Made by a program: the position numbers and the translations under genes. Below the pieces are notes generated by a model. That model was given only the letters and a program-made list of their open reading frames with translations, searched no databases and was not told the DNA's origin. From Eledone cirrhosa (taxonomy: Eukaryota), in contig OZ024743.1 in the NCBI GenBank assembly GCA_964016885.1, positions 139,872,001-139,936,000 of the forward strand: DNA of 64,000 bases. The letters are read 5' to 3'. The stretch's first letter is position 1. Every line of letters starts with the position of its first letter. This document shows positions 41,901 to 57,799 of the stretch, in pieces.

Positions 41901-44900
41901 CCAAGCACCAAACACCAAGCACCAAGCACCAAACACCAACCACCAAACACAAAGCACCAAGCACCAAACAACAAGTACCAAGCACCAAACACCAAGCACC
42001 AACCACCAAACACCAAACCACAAGCACCAAACACCAAACCCCAAGCACCAAGCACCAAAGACTAATCACCAAGCACCAAGCACCAAACAACAAGCACCAA
42101 GCACCAAGCACCAGGCACCAAGTACCAAGCACCAAACACTAATCACCAAGCACCAAGCACCAAGCACCAAACACCAAGCACCAAGCACCAAGCACCAAAC
42201 ACCAAGCACCAAGCACCAAACACAAAACACCAAGATCCAAAGACCAAGCACCAAGCACCAAGCACCAAGCACCAAACAATAAGCACCAAGCACCAAACAC
42301 CAATCACCAAGCACCAAACACCAACCACCCAGCACCAAGCACCAAGCACCAAACACCAAGCACCAAACACCAAACACCAAGCACCAAGCACCAAGCGCTA
42401 AGCACCAAACACCAAGCACCTAGCACTAAGCACCAAACACCAAGCCCCAAGCAGCAAGCACCAAACACCAAACACCAAGCACCAAGCACCAAGCACCAAG
42501 CACCAAGCACCTAGCACCAAACACCAAACATCAAGCACCAAGCACCAAACACCAAGCACCAATCACCAAGCACCAAACACCAAGCAGTAAGCACCAAGCA
42601 CCAAACACAAAACACCAAGCACCAAGCACCAAGCAGCAAACACCAAGCATCAAACACCAAACACCAAACACCAAGCACCAAACACCAAGCACCAAGCACC
42701 AAACACCAAACACCAAGCACCAAGCACCAAGCACCAAACACCAAACACCAAGGACCAAACACCAGATACCAAGCACCAAGCACCAAACACCAAACACCAA
42801 GCACCAAGCACCAAACACCAAACAACAAGCACCAGGCACCAAGCACCAAACACCAAACACCAAGCACCAAGCACCAAGCACCAAGCACCAAGCATGCAGC
42901 ATCAAACAACAAGCACCAAGCACCAAGCACCAAACACCAAGCACCAAGCACTAAACAGCAAGCACCAAACACCAAACACCAAACAGCAAACACCAAACAG
43001 CAAACACCAAACACCAAACAGCAAACAGCAAACGCCAAACACCAAGCACCAGGCACCAAGCACCAAACACCAAGCACCAAGCACCAAGCACAAAACACCA
43101 AACACCAAGCACCAAGCACCAAGCACCAAACACCAAGCACCAAACACCAAGCACCAAGCACCAAGCACCAAACACCAAGCACCAAGCACCAAGCACCAAA
43201 CAATAAGAACCAAGCACCAAGCACCAAACACCAAGCACCAAGCACCAAACACCAACCACCCAGCACCAAGCACCAAGCACCAAACACCAAGCACCAAACA
43301 CCAAACACCAAACACCAAGCACCAAGCAACAAGCACCAAACACCAAGCACCAAGCACCAAGCACCTAGCACCAAACACCAAACACCAAGCACCAAGCACC
43401 AAACACCAAGCACCAATCACCAAGCACCAAACTCCAAGCAGCAAGCAGCAAGCACCAAACACCAAACACCAAGCACCAAGCACCAAACACCAAGCACCAA
43501 GGACCAAACATCAAACACCAAGCACCAAGCACCAAACACCTAACACCAAGCACCAAGCACCAAGCACCGAACACCACGCACATAACACCAAGCACCAAAC
43601 ACCAAGCACCAAGCACCAAACACCAAGCACCAAACACCAAGCACCAAGCACCAAGCACCAAACACCAAGCACCAGGCACCAAGCACCAAACACCAAGCAC
43701 CATGCACCAAGCACCAAGCCCCAAACACTTAACACCAAGCACCAAGCACCAAGCACCAAACACCAATCACCAAAAACCAAACACCAAGCACCAAGTACCA
43801 AACACCAAGCACCAAGCACCAAACACCAAGCACCAAGCACCAATCACCAAACACCAAGAACCAAGCACCAAACACCAAGCACCAAGCACCAAGCACCAGG
43901 CACCAAGCACGAAGAACCAAACACAAAACACCAAGCACCAAGCACCAAGCAGCAAACACCAAGCATCAAACACCAAACACCAAACACCAAGCACCAAGCA
44001 CCAAGCAGCAAACAGCAAGCATCAAACACCAAACACCAAACACCAAGCACCAAACACCAAGCACCAAGCACCAAACACCAAACACCAAGCACCAAGCACC
44101 AAGCACCAAACACCAAGCACCAAACACCAAACACCAAGCACCAAGCACCAAACACCAAACAACAAGCACCAGGCACCAAGCAAAAAACACCAAACACCAA
44201 GCACGCAGCATCAAACACCAAGCACCAAGCACCAAGAACCAAACACCAAGCACCAAGCACCAAGCACCAAGTACCAAACACCAAACACCAAGCACCAAAC
44301 ACCAAACACCAAGCACCAATCACCAAGCACGAAACACCAGGCACGAAGCACCAAGCACCAAACACCAAACACCAAGCACCAAACACCAGCCACCAAGCAC
44401 CAAGCACCAAACACCAAACACCAAGCACTAAGCACCAAACACCAAACAACAAGCACCAGGCACCAAGCACCAAACACCAAACACCAAGCACGCATCACCA
44501 AACACCAAGCACCAAGCACCAAGCACCAAAAACCAAGCACCAAGCACCAAGCACCAAACACCAAACACCAAACACCAAGCACCAAGAACCAAACACCAAA
44601 CAGCAAGCACCAAGCACCAAACACCAAGCACCAAACACCAAACCCCAAGCACCAATCACCAAACACTAATCACCAAGCACCAAGCACCAAACACCGAGCA
44701 CCAAACACCAAGCACCAAGCACCAAACACCAAACCCCAAGCACCATAGACCAAGCACCAAGCACCAAGGAACAAACACCAAGCACCAAGCACCAAGCACC
44801 AAACACCAAGCACCAAGCACCAAACACCCAGCACCAAGAACCAAGCATCAAACACCAAACACCAAGCATCAAGCACTAAACAGCAAGCACCAAACACCAA

Positions 44901-44969
44901 ACGCCAAACAGCAAACACCAAACAGCAAACACCAAACACCAAACAGCAAACAGCAAACGCCAAACACCA

Positions 44970-45760
44970 AGCACCAAGCACCAAGCACCAAACACCAAGC
45001 ACCAAGCACCAAGCACAAAACACCAAACACCAAGCACCAAGCACCAAGCACCAAGCACCAAACACCAAGCACCAAACACCAAGCACCAAACACCAAGCAG
45101 CAAACACCAAGCACCAAGCCCCAAGCACCAAACACCAAGCACCAAGCACCAAGCCCCTAGCACCAAACACCAAACACCAAGCACCAAGAACAAAACACCA
45201 AGCACCAATCACCAAGCACCAAACACCAAGCAGCAAGCAGCAAGCACCACACACCAAACACCAAGCACCAAGCACCAAATACCAAACACCAAGCACCAAG
45301 GACCAAACATCAAACACCAAGCACCAAGCACCAAACGCCTAACACCAAGCACCAAGCACCAAGCACCAAGCACCAAACACCAAGCACCAAGCACCAAGCA
45401 CAAAACACCAAACACCAAGCACCAAGCACCAAGCACCAAGCACCAAACACCAAGCACCAAACACCAAGTCCCACGCACCAAGCAGCAAACACCAAGCACC
45501 AAGCCCCAAGCACCAAACACCAAGCACCAAGCACCAAGCCCCTAGCACCAAACACCAAACACCAAGCACCAAGAACAAAACACCAAGCACCAATCACCAA
45601 GCACCAAACACCAAGCAGCAAGCAGCAAGCACCACACACCAAACACCAAGCACCAAGCACCAAATACCAAACACCAAGCACCAAGGACCAAACATCAAAC
45701 ACCAAGCACCAAGCACCAAACGCCTAACACCAAGCACCAAGCACCAAGCACCAAGCACCA
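44970..45760 (+). repeat. Local tandem duplication of 385 bp (55 units)
   Basis: CCCCTAG...AACAAAA...CAGCAAG-CAGCAAG-CACCACA...CGCCTAA repeats at +385. ORF ends 45320/45705 and 45208/45593 give the same offset. Confidence 0.85.
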
Positions 45761-48700
45761 AACACCAAGTACCAATCACCAAACACCAAGCACCAAGCAC
45801 CAAACACCAAGCACCAGGCACCAAGCACCAAACACCAAGCACCAAGCACCAAACACCAAGCACCAAGACCGAAGCACCAAACACCAAGCACCAAGCACAA
45901 ACACCAAGCACCAAGCACCAAAAACCAAACACTAAGCACCAAGTACCAAACACCAAGCACCAAGCACCAAACACCAAGCACCAAGAACCAATCACCAAAC
46001 ACCAAGAACCAAGCACCAAACACCAAGCACCAAGCACCAAGCACCAGGCACCAAGCACCAAGCACCAAACACAAAACACCAAGCACCAAGCACCAAGCAG
46101 CAAACACCAAGCATCAAACACCAAACACCAAACACCAAGCACCAAACACCAAGCACTAAGCACCAAACACCAAACACCAAGCACCAAGCACCAAGCACTA
46201 AACACCAAACACCAAGCACCAAACACCAGATACCAAGCACGCAGCATCAAACACCAAGCACCAAGCACCAAGCACCAAACACCAAGCACCAAGCACCAAA
46301 CACCAACCACCAAACACAAAGCACCAAGCACCAAACACCAAGCACCAAGCACCAAACACCAAGCACCAAGCACCAAACACCAAACACCTAGATCCAAAGA
46401 CCAAGCACCAAGCCCCAAGCACCAAGCACCAAAAAATAAGCACGAAGCACCAAACACCAAGCACGAAGCACCAAACACCAACCACCCAGCACCAAGCACC
46501 AAGCACCAAACACCAAGCACCAGGCACCAAGCGCCAAGCACCAAACACCAAGCACCAAGCACTAAGCACCAAACACCAAGCCCCAATCAGCAAGCACCAA
46601 ACACCAAACACCAAGCACCAAGCACCAAACACCAAGCACCAAGCACCAAGCACCTAGCACCAAACACCAAACACCAAGCACCAAGCACCAAACACCAAGC
46701 ACCAATCACCAAGCACCAAACACCAAGCAGCAAGCAGCAAGCACCAAACACCAAACACCAAGCACCAAGCACCAAACACCAAGCACCAAGGACCAAACAT
46801 CAAACACCATGCACCAAGCACCAAAGACCTAACACCAAGCACCAAGCACCAAGCACCAAGCACAGAACACCAAGCACCAAACACCAAGCACCAAACACCA
46901 AGCACCAAGCACCAAACACCAAGCACCAAACACCAAGCACCAAGCACCAAGAACCAAACACCAAGCACCAAGCACCAAGCACCAAGCACCAAACAATAAG
47001 AACCAAGCACCAAGCACCAAACACCAAGCACCAAGCACCAAACACCAACCACCCAGCACCAAGCACCAAGCACCAAACACCAAGCACCAAACACCAAACA
47101 CCAAACACCAAGCACCAAGCACCAAGCACCAAACACCAAGCACCAAGCACTAAGCACCAAACGCCAAGCCCCAAGCACCAAGTACCAAACACCAAACACC
47201 AAGCACCAAGAACCAAGCACCTAGCACCAAACACCAAACACCAAGCACCAAGCACCAAACACCAAGCACCAATCACCAAGCACCAAACACCAAGCAGCAA
47301 GCAGCAAGCACCAAACACCAAACACCAAGCACCAAGCACCAAACACCAAGCACCAAGGACCAAACATCAAACACCAAGCACCAAGCACCAAACACCTAAC
47401 ACCAAGCACCAAGCACCAAGCACCAAGCACCGAACACCAAGCACATAACACCAAGCACCAAACACCAAGCACCAAGCACCAAGCACCAAACACCAACCAC
47501 CAAACACAAAGCACCAAGCACCAAACACCAAGCACCAAGCACCAAACACCAAGCACCAAGCACCAAACACCAAAACCCCAAGCACCAAGCAACAAACACT
47601 AATCACCAAGCACCAAGCACCAAGCACCAAACACCAAGCACCAAGCACCAAGCACCAAACACCAAGCACCAAACACCAAACACCAAGATCCAAAGACCAA
47701 GCACCAAGCCCCAAGCACCAAGCACCAAAAAATAAGCACCAAGCACCAAACACCAAGCACCAATCACCAAACACCAAGCACAAAGCACCAAACACCAAGC
47801 ACCGAGCACCAAACACCAAGCACCAAACACAAAGCACCAAGCACCAAACACCAAACCCCAAGCACCAAACACCAAACCTCAAGCACCAAGCACAAAACAC
47901 TAATCACCAAGCACCAAGCACCAAACAACAAGCACCAAGCACCAGGCACCAAGCACCAAGCACCAAACACTAATCACCAAGCACCAAGCACCAAGCACCA
48001 AACACCAAGCACCAAGCACCATGCACCAAACACCAAGCACCAAGCACCAAACACCAAACAGCAAGCACCAAAGACCAAGCACCAAGCACCAAGCACCAAG
48101 CACCAAACAATAAGCACCAAGCACCAAGCACCAAACACCAAGCACCAAGCACCAAACACCAACCACCCAGCACCAAGCACCAAGCACCAAACACCAAGCA
48201 CCAAACACCAAACACCAAACACCAAGCACCAAGCACCAAGCACCAAACACCAAGCACCAAGCACTAAGCACCAAACACCAAGCCCCAAGCACCAAGCACC
48301 AAACACCAAACACCAAGCACCAAGCACCTAACACCAAGCACCAAGCACCAAGCACCTAGCACCAAACACCAAACACCAAGCACCAAGCACCAAACACCAA
48401 GCACCAATCACCAAGCACCAAACACCAAGCAGCAAGCAGCAAGCACCAAACACCAAACACCAAGCACCAAGCACCAAACACCAAGCACCAAGGACCAAAC
48501 ATCAAACACCAAGCACCAAGCACCAAACACCTAACACCAATCACCAAGCACCAAGCACCGAACACCAAGCACATAACACCAAGCACCAAACACCAAGCAC
48601 CAAGCACCAAGCACCAAACACCAAGCACCAGGCACCAAGCACCAAACACCAAACACCATGCACCAAGCACCAAGCCCCAAACACTTAACACCAAGCACCA

Positions 48701-50579
48701 AGCACCAAGCACCAAACACCAATCACCAAAAACCAAACACCAAGCACCAAGTACCAAACACCAAGCACCAAGCACCAAACACCAAGCACCAAGCACCAAT
48801 CACCAAACACCAAGAACCAAGCACCAAACACCAAGCACCAAGCACCAAGCACCAGGCACCAAGCACCAAGCACCAAACACAAAACACCAAGCACCAAGGA
48901 CCAAGCAGCAAACACCAAGCATCAAACACCAAACACCAAACACCAAGCACCAAGCACCAAGCAGCAAACAGCAAGCATCAAACACCAAACACCAAACACC
49001 AAGCACCAAACACCAAGCACCAAGCACCAAACACCAAAAACCAAGCACCAAGCACCAAGCACCAAACACCAAATACCAAGCACCAAACACCAAACACCAA
49101 GCACCAAGCACCAAACACCAAACAACAAGCACCAGGCACCAAGCAAAAAACACCAAACACCAAGCACGCAGCATCAAACACCAAGCACCAAGCACCAAGC
49201 ACCAAACACCAAGCACCAAGCACCAAGCACCAAGTACCAAACACCAAACACCAAGCACCAAGCACCAAACACCAAACACCAAGCACCAATCACCAAGCAC
49301 GAAACACCAGGCACCAAGCACCAAGCACCAAACACCAAACACCAAGCACCAAACACCAGCCACCAAGCACCAAGCACCAAACACCAAACACCAAGCACCA
49401 AACACCAAACACCAAACCCCAAGCACCATAGACCAAGCACCAAGCACCAAGGAACAAACACCAAGCACCAAGCACCAAGCACCAAACACCAAGCACCAAG
49501 CACCAAACACCCAGCACCAAGCACCAAGCATCAAACACCAAGCACCAAGCACCAAACACCAAACACCAAACACCAAGCACCAAGCACTAAACAGCAAGCA
49601 CCAAACACCAAACACCAAACAGCAAATGCCAAACACCAACCACCAAGCACCAAGCACCGAACACCAAGCACCAAGCACCAAGCACAAAACATCAAACACC
49701 AAGCACCAAGCACCAAGCACCAAACACCAAGCACCAAACACCAAGCACCAAACACCAAGCACCAAACACCAAACCCTAAACACCAAGCACCAAGCACCAA
49801 TCACCAAACACCAAGAACCAAGCACCAAACACCAAGCACCAAGCACCAAGCACCAGGCACCAAGCACCAAGCACCAAACACAAAACACCAAGCACCAAGC
49901 ACCAAGCAGCAAACACCAAGAATCAAACACCAAACACCAAACACCAAGCACCAAGCACCAAGCAGCAAACAGCAAGCATCAAACACCAAACACCAAACAC
50001 CAAGCACCAAAAACCAAGCACCAAGCACTAAACACCAAACACCAAGCACCAAGCACCAAGCACCAAACACCAAACACCAAGCACCAAACACCAAACACCA
50101 AGCACCAAGCACCAAACACCAAACAACAAGCACCAGGCACCAAGCAAAAAACACCAAACACCAAGCACGCAGCATCAAACACCAAGCACCAAGCACCAAG
50201 CACCAAACACCAAGCACCAAGCACCAAGCACCAAGTACCAAACACCAAGCACCAAACACGAAACACCAAGCACCAATCACCAAGCACGAAACACCAGGCA
50301 CCAAGCACCAAGCACCAAACACCAAACACCAAGCACCAAACACCAGCCACCAAGCACCAAGCACCAAACACCAAACACCAAGCACTAAGCACCAAACACC
50401 AAACAACAAGCACCAGGCACCAAGCACCAAACACCAAACACCAAGCACGCATCACCAAACACCAAGCACCAAGCACCAAGCACCAAAAACCAAGCACCAA
50501 GCACCAAGCACCAAACACCAAACACCAAACACCAAGCACCAAGAACCAAACACCAAACACCAAACAGCAAGCACCAAGC

Positions 50580-53500
50580 ACCAAACACCAAGCACCAAAC
50601 ACCAAACCCCAAGCACCAATCACCAAACACTAATCACCAAGGACCAAGCACCAAACACCGAGCACCAAACACCAAGCACCAAGCACCAAACACCAAACCC
50701 CAAGCACCATAGACCAAGCACCAAGCACCAAGGAACAAACACCAAGCACCAAGCACCAAGCACCAAACACCAAGCACCAAGCACCAAACACCCAGCACCA
50801 AGCACCAAACACCAAACACCAAGCACCAAGCACCAAGCACAAAACACCAAACACTAAGCACCAAACACCAAACACCAAGCACCAAGCACCAAACACCAAA
50901 CAACAAGCACCAGGCACCAAGCAAAAAACACCAAACACCAAGCACGCAGCATCAAACACCAAGCACCAAGCACCAAGCACCAAACACCAAGCACCAAGCA
51001 CCAGGCACCAAGTACCAAACACCAAGCACCAAACACCAAACACCAAGCACCAATCACCAAGCACGAAACACCAGGCACAAAGCACCAAGCACCAAACACC
51101 AAACACCAAGCACCAAACACCAGCCACCAAGCACCAAGCACCAAACACCAAACACCAAGCACTAAGCACCAAACCCCAAGCACCAATCACCAAACACTAA
51201 TCACCAAGCACCAAGCACCAAACACCAAGCACCAATCACCAAACACCAAACCCCAAGCACCATAGACCAAGCACCAAGCACCAAGGAACAAACACCAAGC
51301 ACCAAGCACCAAGCACCAAACACCAAGCACCAAGCACCAAACACCCAGCACCAAGCACCAAGCACCAAGCATCAAACACCAAGCACCAAGCACCAAACAC
51401 CAAACACCAAACACCAAGCACCAAGCACTAAACAGCAAGCACCAAACACCCAACACCAAACAGCAAACACCAAACACCAAACAGAAAACACCAAGCACCA
51501 AGCACCAAGCACCAAACACCAAGCACCAAGCACCAAGCACAAAACACCAAACACCAAGCACCAAGCACCAAGCACCAAGCACCAAACACCAAGCACCAAA
51601 CACCAAGCACCAAACACCAAGCACCAAACACCAAACACTAAACACCAAGCACCAAGCACCAAACACCAAGCACCAAACACCAAGCACCAAACACCAAGTC
51701 CCACGCACCAAGCAATAAAACACCAAGCACCAAGCCCCAAACACCAAACACCAAGCACCAAGCACCAAGCCCCTAGCACCAAACACCAAACACCAAGCAC
51801 CAAGCACAAAACACCAAGCACCAATCACCAAGCACCAAACACCAAGCAGCAAGCAGCAAGCACCAAACACCAAACACCAAGCACCAAGCACCAAATACCA
51901 AACACCAAGCACCAAGCACCAAGCACCAAACACCAAGCACCAATCACCAAACACCAAGCACCAAGCACCAAACACCAAGCACCAGGCACCAAGCACCAAA
52001 CACCAAGCACCAAGCACCAAACACCAAGCACCAAGACCGAAGCACCAAACACCAAGCACCAAGCACAAAGCACCAAGCACCAAGCACCAAAAACCAAACA
52101 CCAAGCACCAAGTACCAAACACCAAGCACCAAGCACCAAACACCAAGCACCAAGAACCAATCACCAAACACCAAGAACCAAGCACCAAACACAAAGCACC
52201 AAGCACCAAGCACCAGGCACCAAGCACCAAGCACCAAACACAAAACACCAAGCACCAAGCACCAAGCAGCAGACACCAAGCATCAAACACCAAACACCAA
52301 ACACCAAGCCCCAAACACCAAGCACTAAGCACCAAACACCAAACACCAAGCACCAAGCACCAAGCACCAAACACCAAACACCAAGCACCAAACACCAGAT
52401 ACCAAGCACCAAGAACCAAACACCAAACTCCAAGCACCAAGCACCAAACACCAAACAACAAGCACCAGGCACCAAGCACCAAACACCAAACACCAAGCAC
52501 CAAGCACCAAACACCAAACACCAAGCACGCAGCATCAAACACCAAGCACCAAGCACCAAGCACCAAACACCAAGCACCAAGCACCAAACACCAACCACCA
52601 AACACAAAGCACCAAGCACCAAACACCAAGCACCAAGCACCAAACACCAAGCACCAAGCACCAAACACCAAACCCCAAGCACCAAGCACCAAACACTAAT
52701 CACCAAGCACCAAGCACCAAGCACCAGACACCAAGCACCAAGCACCAAGCACCAAACACCAAGCACCAAGCACCAAACACCAAACACCAAGATCCAAAGA
52801 CCAAGCTACAAGCCCCAAGCACCAAGCACCAAAAAATAAGCTCCAAGCACCAAACACCAAGCACCAAGCACCAAACACCAACCACCCAGCACCAAGCACC
52901 AAGCACCAAACACCAAGCACCAAACACCAAACACCAAGCACCAAGCACCAAGCGCCAAGCACCAAACACCAAGCACCAAGCACTAAGCACCAAACACCAA
53001 GCCCCAAGCAGCAAGCACCAAACACCAAACACCAAGCACCAAGCACCAAACACTAAGCACCAAGCACCAAGCACCTAGCACCAAACACCAAACACCAAGC
53101 ACCAAGCACCAAACACCAAGCACCAATCACCAAGCACCAAACACCAAGCAGCAAGCAGCAAGCACCAAACACCAAATACCAAGCACCAAGCACCAAACAC
53201 CAAGCACCAAGGACCAAACATCAAACACCAAGCACCAAGCACCAAACACCTAACACCAAGCACCAAGCACCAAGCACCAAGCACCGAACACCAAGCACCA
53301 AACACCAAGCACCAAGCACCAAGCACCAAGCACCAAGCACCAAACACCAAGCACCAAGCATCAAGCACCAAACAATAAGAACCAAGCACCAAGCACCAAA
53401 CACCAAGCACCAAGCACCAAACACCAACCACCCAGCACCAAGCACCAAGCACCAAACACCAAGCACCAAACACCAAACACCAAACACCAAGCACCAAGCA

Positions 53501-56500
53501 CCAAGCACCAAACACCAAGCACCAAGCACCAAGCACCTAGCACCAAACACCAAACAGCAAGCACCAAGCACGAAACACCAAGCACCAAACACCAAACCCC
53601 AAGCACCAATCACCAAACACTAATCACCAAGGACCAAGCACCAAACACCGAGCACCAAACACCAAGCACCAAGCACCAAACATCAAACCCCAAGCACCAT
53701 AGACCAAGCACCAAGCACCAAGGAACAAACACCAAGCACCAAGCACCAAGCACCAAACACCAAGCGCCAAGCACCAAACACCCAGCACCAAGCACCAAAC
53801 ACCAAACACCAAGCACCAAGCACCAAGCACCAAACACCAAACACCAAGCACCAAACACCAAACACCAAGCACCAAGCACCAAACACCAAACAACAATCAC
53901 CAGGCACCAAGCAAAAAACACCAACGACCAAGCACGCAGCATCAAACACCAAGCACCAAGCACCAAGCACCAAACACCAAGCACCAAGCACCAAGCACCA
54001 AGTACCAAACACCAAGCACCAAACACCAAACACCAAGCACCAATCACCAAGCACGAAACACCAGGCACAAAGCACCAAGCACCAAACACCAAACACCAAG
54101 CACCAAACACCAGCCACCAAGCACCAAGCACCAAACACCAAACACCAAGCACTAAGCACCAAACACCAAACAACAAGCACCAGGCACCAAGCACCAAACA
54201 CCAAACACCAAGCACGCATCACCAAACACCAAGCACCAAGCACCAAGCACCAAAAACCAAGCACCAAGCACCAAGCACCAAACACCAAACACCAAACACC
54301 AAGCACCAAGAACCAAACACCAAACACCAAACAGCAAGCACCAAGCACCAAACACCAAGCACCAAACACCAAACCCCAAGCACCAATCACCAAACACTAA
54401 TCACCAAGCACCAAGCACCAAACACCAAGCACCAAGCACCAAACACCAAACCCCAAGCACCATAGACCAAGCACCAAGCACCAAGGAACAAACACCAAGC
54501 ACCAAGCACCAAGCACCAAACACCAAGCACCAAGCACCAAACACCCAGCACCAAGCACCAAGCATCAAACACCAAGCACCAAGCACCAAACACCAAACAC
54601 CAAACACCAAGCACCAAGCACTAAACAGCAAGCACCAAACACCAAACACCAAACAGCAAACACCAAACAGCAAACACCAAACACCAAACAGAAAACAGCA
54701 AACGGCAAACACCAAGCACCAAGCACCAAGCACCAAACACCAAGCACCAAGCACCAAGCACAAAACACCAAACACCAAGCACCAAGCACCAAGCACCAAG
54801 CACCAAACACCAAGCACCAAACACCAAGCACCAAACACCAAGCACCAAACACCAAACACTAAACACCAAGCACCAAGCACCAAACACCAAGCACCAAACA
54901 CCAAGCACCAAACACCAAGTCCCACGCACCAAGCAATAAAACACCAAGCACCAAGCCCCAAACACCAAACACCAAGCACCAAGCACCAAGCCACTAGCAC
55001 CAAACACCAAACACCAAGCACCAAGCACAAAACACCAAGCACCAATCACCAAGCACCAAACACCAAGCAGCAAGCAGCAAGCACCAAACACCAAACACCA
55101 AGCACCAAGCACCAAATACCAAACACCAAGCACCAAGCACCAAGCACCAAACACCAAGCACCAATCACCAAACACCAAGCACCAAGCACCAAACACCAAG
55201 CACCAGGCACCAAGCACCAAACACCAAGCACCAAGCACCAAACACCAAGCACCAAGACCGAAGCACCAAACACCAAGCACCAAGCACAAAGCACCAAGCA
55301 CCAAGCACCAAAAACCAAACACCAAGCACCAAGTACCAAACAACAAGCACCAAGCACCAAACACCAAGCACCAAGAACCAATCACCAAACACCAAGAACC
55401 AAGCACTAAACACCAAGCACCAAGCACCAAGCACCAGGCACCAAGCACCAAGCACCAAACACAAAACACCAAGCACCAAGCACCAAGCAGCAGACACCAA
55501 GCATCAAACACCAAACACCAAACACCAAGCACCAAACACCAAGCACTAAGCACCAAACACCAAACACCAAGCACCAAGCACCAAGCACCAAACACCAAAC
55601 ACCAAGCACCAAACACCAGATACCAAGCACCAAGCACCAAACACCAAACTCCAAGCACCAAGCACCAAACACCAAACAACAAGCACCAGGCACCAAGCAC
55701 CAAACACCAAACACCAAACACCAAGCACCAAGCACCAAACACCAAACACCAAGCACGCAGCATCAAACACCAAGCACCAAGCACCAAGCACCAAACACCA
55801 ATCACCAAGCACCAAACACCAACCACCAAACACAAAGCACCAAGCACCAAACACCAAGCACCAAGCACCAAACACCAAGCACCAAGCACCAAACACCAAA
55901 CCCCAAGCACCAAGCACCAAACACTAATCACCAAGCACCAAGCACCAAGCACCAAACACCAAGCACCAAGCACCAAGCACCAAACACCAAGCACCAAGCA
56001 CCAAACACCAAACACCAAGATCCAAAGACCAAGCTACAAGCCCCAAGCACCAAGCACCAAAAAATAAGCACCAAGCACCAAACACCAAGCACCAAGCCCC
56101 AAACACCAACCACCCAGCACCAAGCACCAAGCACCAAACACCAAGAACCAAACACCAAACACCAAGCACCAAGCACCAAGCGCCAAGCACCAAACACCAA
56201 GCACCAAGCACTAAGCACCAAACACCAAGCCCCAAGCAGCAAGCACCAAACACCAAACACCAAGCACCAAGCACCAAACACTAAGCACCAAGCACCAAGC
56301 ACCTAGCACCAAACACCAAACACCAAGCACCAAGCACCAAACACCAAGCACCAATCACCAAGCACCAAACACCAAGCAGCAAGCAGCAAGCACCAAACAC
56401 CAAATACCAAGCACCAAGCACCAAACACCAAGCACCAAGGACCAAACATCAAACACCAAGCACCAAGCACCAAACACCTAACACCAAGCACAAAGCACCA

Positions 56501-56550
56501 AGCACCAAGCACCGAACACCAAGCACCAAACACCAAGCACCAAACACCAA
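50580..56550 (+). repeat. Tandem higher-order duplication, period about 2990-3228 bp
   Basis: CACTAATCACCAAGGACC at 50628/53618 (offset 2990). ORFs 51825..52160/55046..55381 (3221) and 52696..53049/55924..56277 (3228). Shared 8-bp unit CAATAAAA (51713, 54934) and variants CTACAAG and CAGCAGA. Confidence 0.9.
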
Positions 56551-57799
56551 GCACCAAGCACCAAGCACCAAACACCAAGCACCAAGCACCAAGCACCAAA
56601 CACTAAGAAGCAAGCACCAAGCACCAAACACCAAGCACCAAGCACCAAACACCAAGCACCAAGAACCAAGCACCTAGCACCAAACACCAAACACCAAGCA
56701 CCAAGCACCAAACACCAAGCACCAATCACCAAGCACCAAACACCAAGCAGCAAGCAGCAAGCACCAAACACCAAACACCAAGCACCAAGCACCAAACACC
56801 AAGCACCAAGGACCAAACATCAAACACCAAGCACCAAGCACCAAACACATAACACCAAGCACCAAGCTCCAAGCACCAAGCACCGATCACCAAGCACATA
56901 ACACCAAGCACCAAACACCAAGCACCAAGCACCAAACACCAAGCACCAAACACCAAGCACCAAGCACCAAGCACCAAACACCAAGCACCAGGCACCAAGC
57001 ACCAAACACCAAGCACCATGCACCAAGCACCAAGCCCCAAACACTTAACACCAAGCACCAAGCACCAAGCACCAAACACCAATCACCAAACACCAAACTC
57101 CAAGCACCAAGCACCAAACACCAAACAACAAGCACCAGGCACCAAGCACCAAACACCAAACACCAAGCACCAAGCACCAAACACCAAACACCAAACACGC
57201 AGCATCAAACACCAAGCACCAAGCACCAAACACCTAACACCAAGCACCAAGCACCAAGCACCAAGCACCAAGCACCGAACACCAAGCACCAAACACCAAG
57301 CACCAAACACCAAGCACCAAGCACCAAACACCAAGCACCAAACACCAAGCACCAAGCACCAAGAACCAAACACCAAGCACCAAGCACCAAGCACCAAACA
57401 ATAAGAACCAAGCACCAAGCACCAAACACCAAGCACCAAGCACCAAACACCAACCACCCAGCACCAAGCACCAAGCACCAAACACCAAGCACCAAACACC
57501 AAACACCAAACACCAAGCACCAAGCACCAAGCACCAAACACCAAGCACCAAGCACTAAGCACCAAACACCATGCCCCAAGCACCAAGTACCAAACACCAA
57601 ACACCAAGCACCAAGCACCAAACACCAAGCACCAAGCACCAAGCACCTAGCACCAAACACCAAACACCAAGCACCAAGCACCAAACACCAAGCACCAATC
57701 ACCAAGCACCAAACACCAAGCAGCAAGCAGCAAGCACCAAACACCAAACACCAAGCACCAAGCACCAAACACCAAGCACCAAGGACCAAACATCAAACG

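Noticed and set aside
51713-54941. AATAAA poly(A)-signal-like hexamers in the two CAATAAAA units
   Set aside because: It is one mutated unit copied by the 3.2-kb duplication, with no gene or downstream element context.
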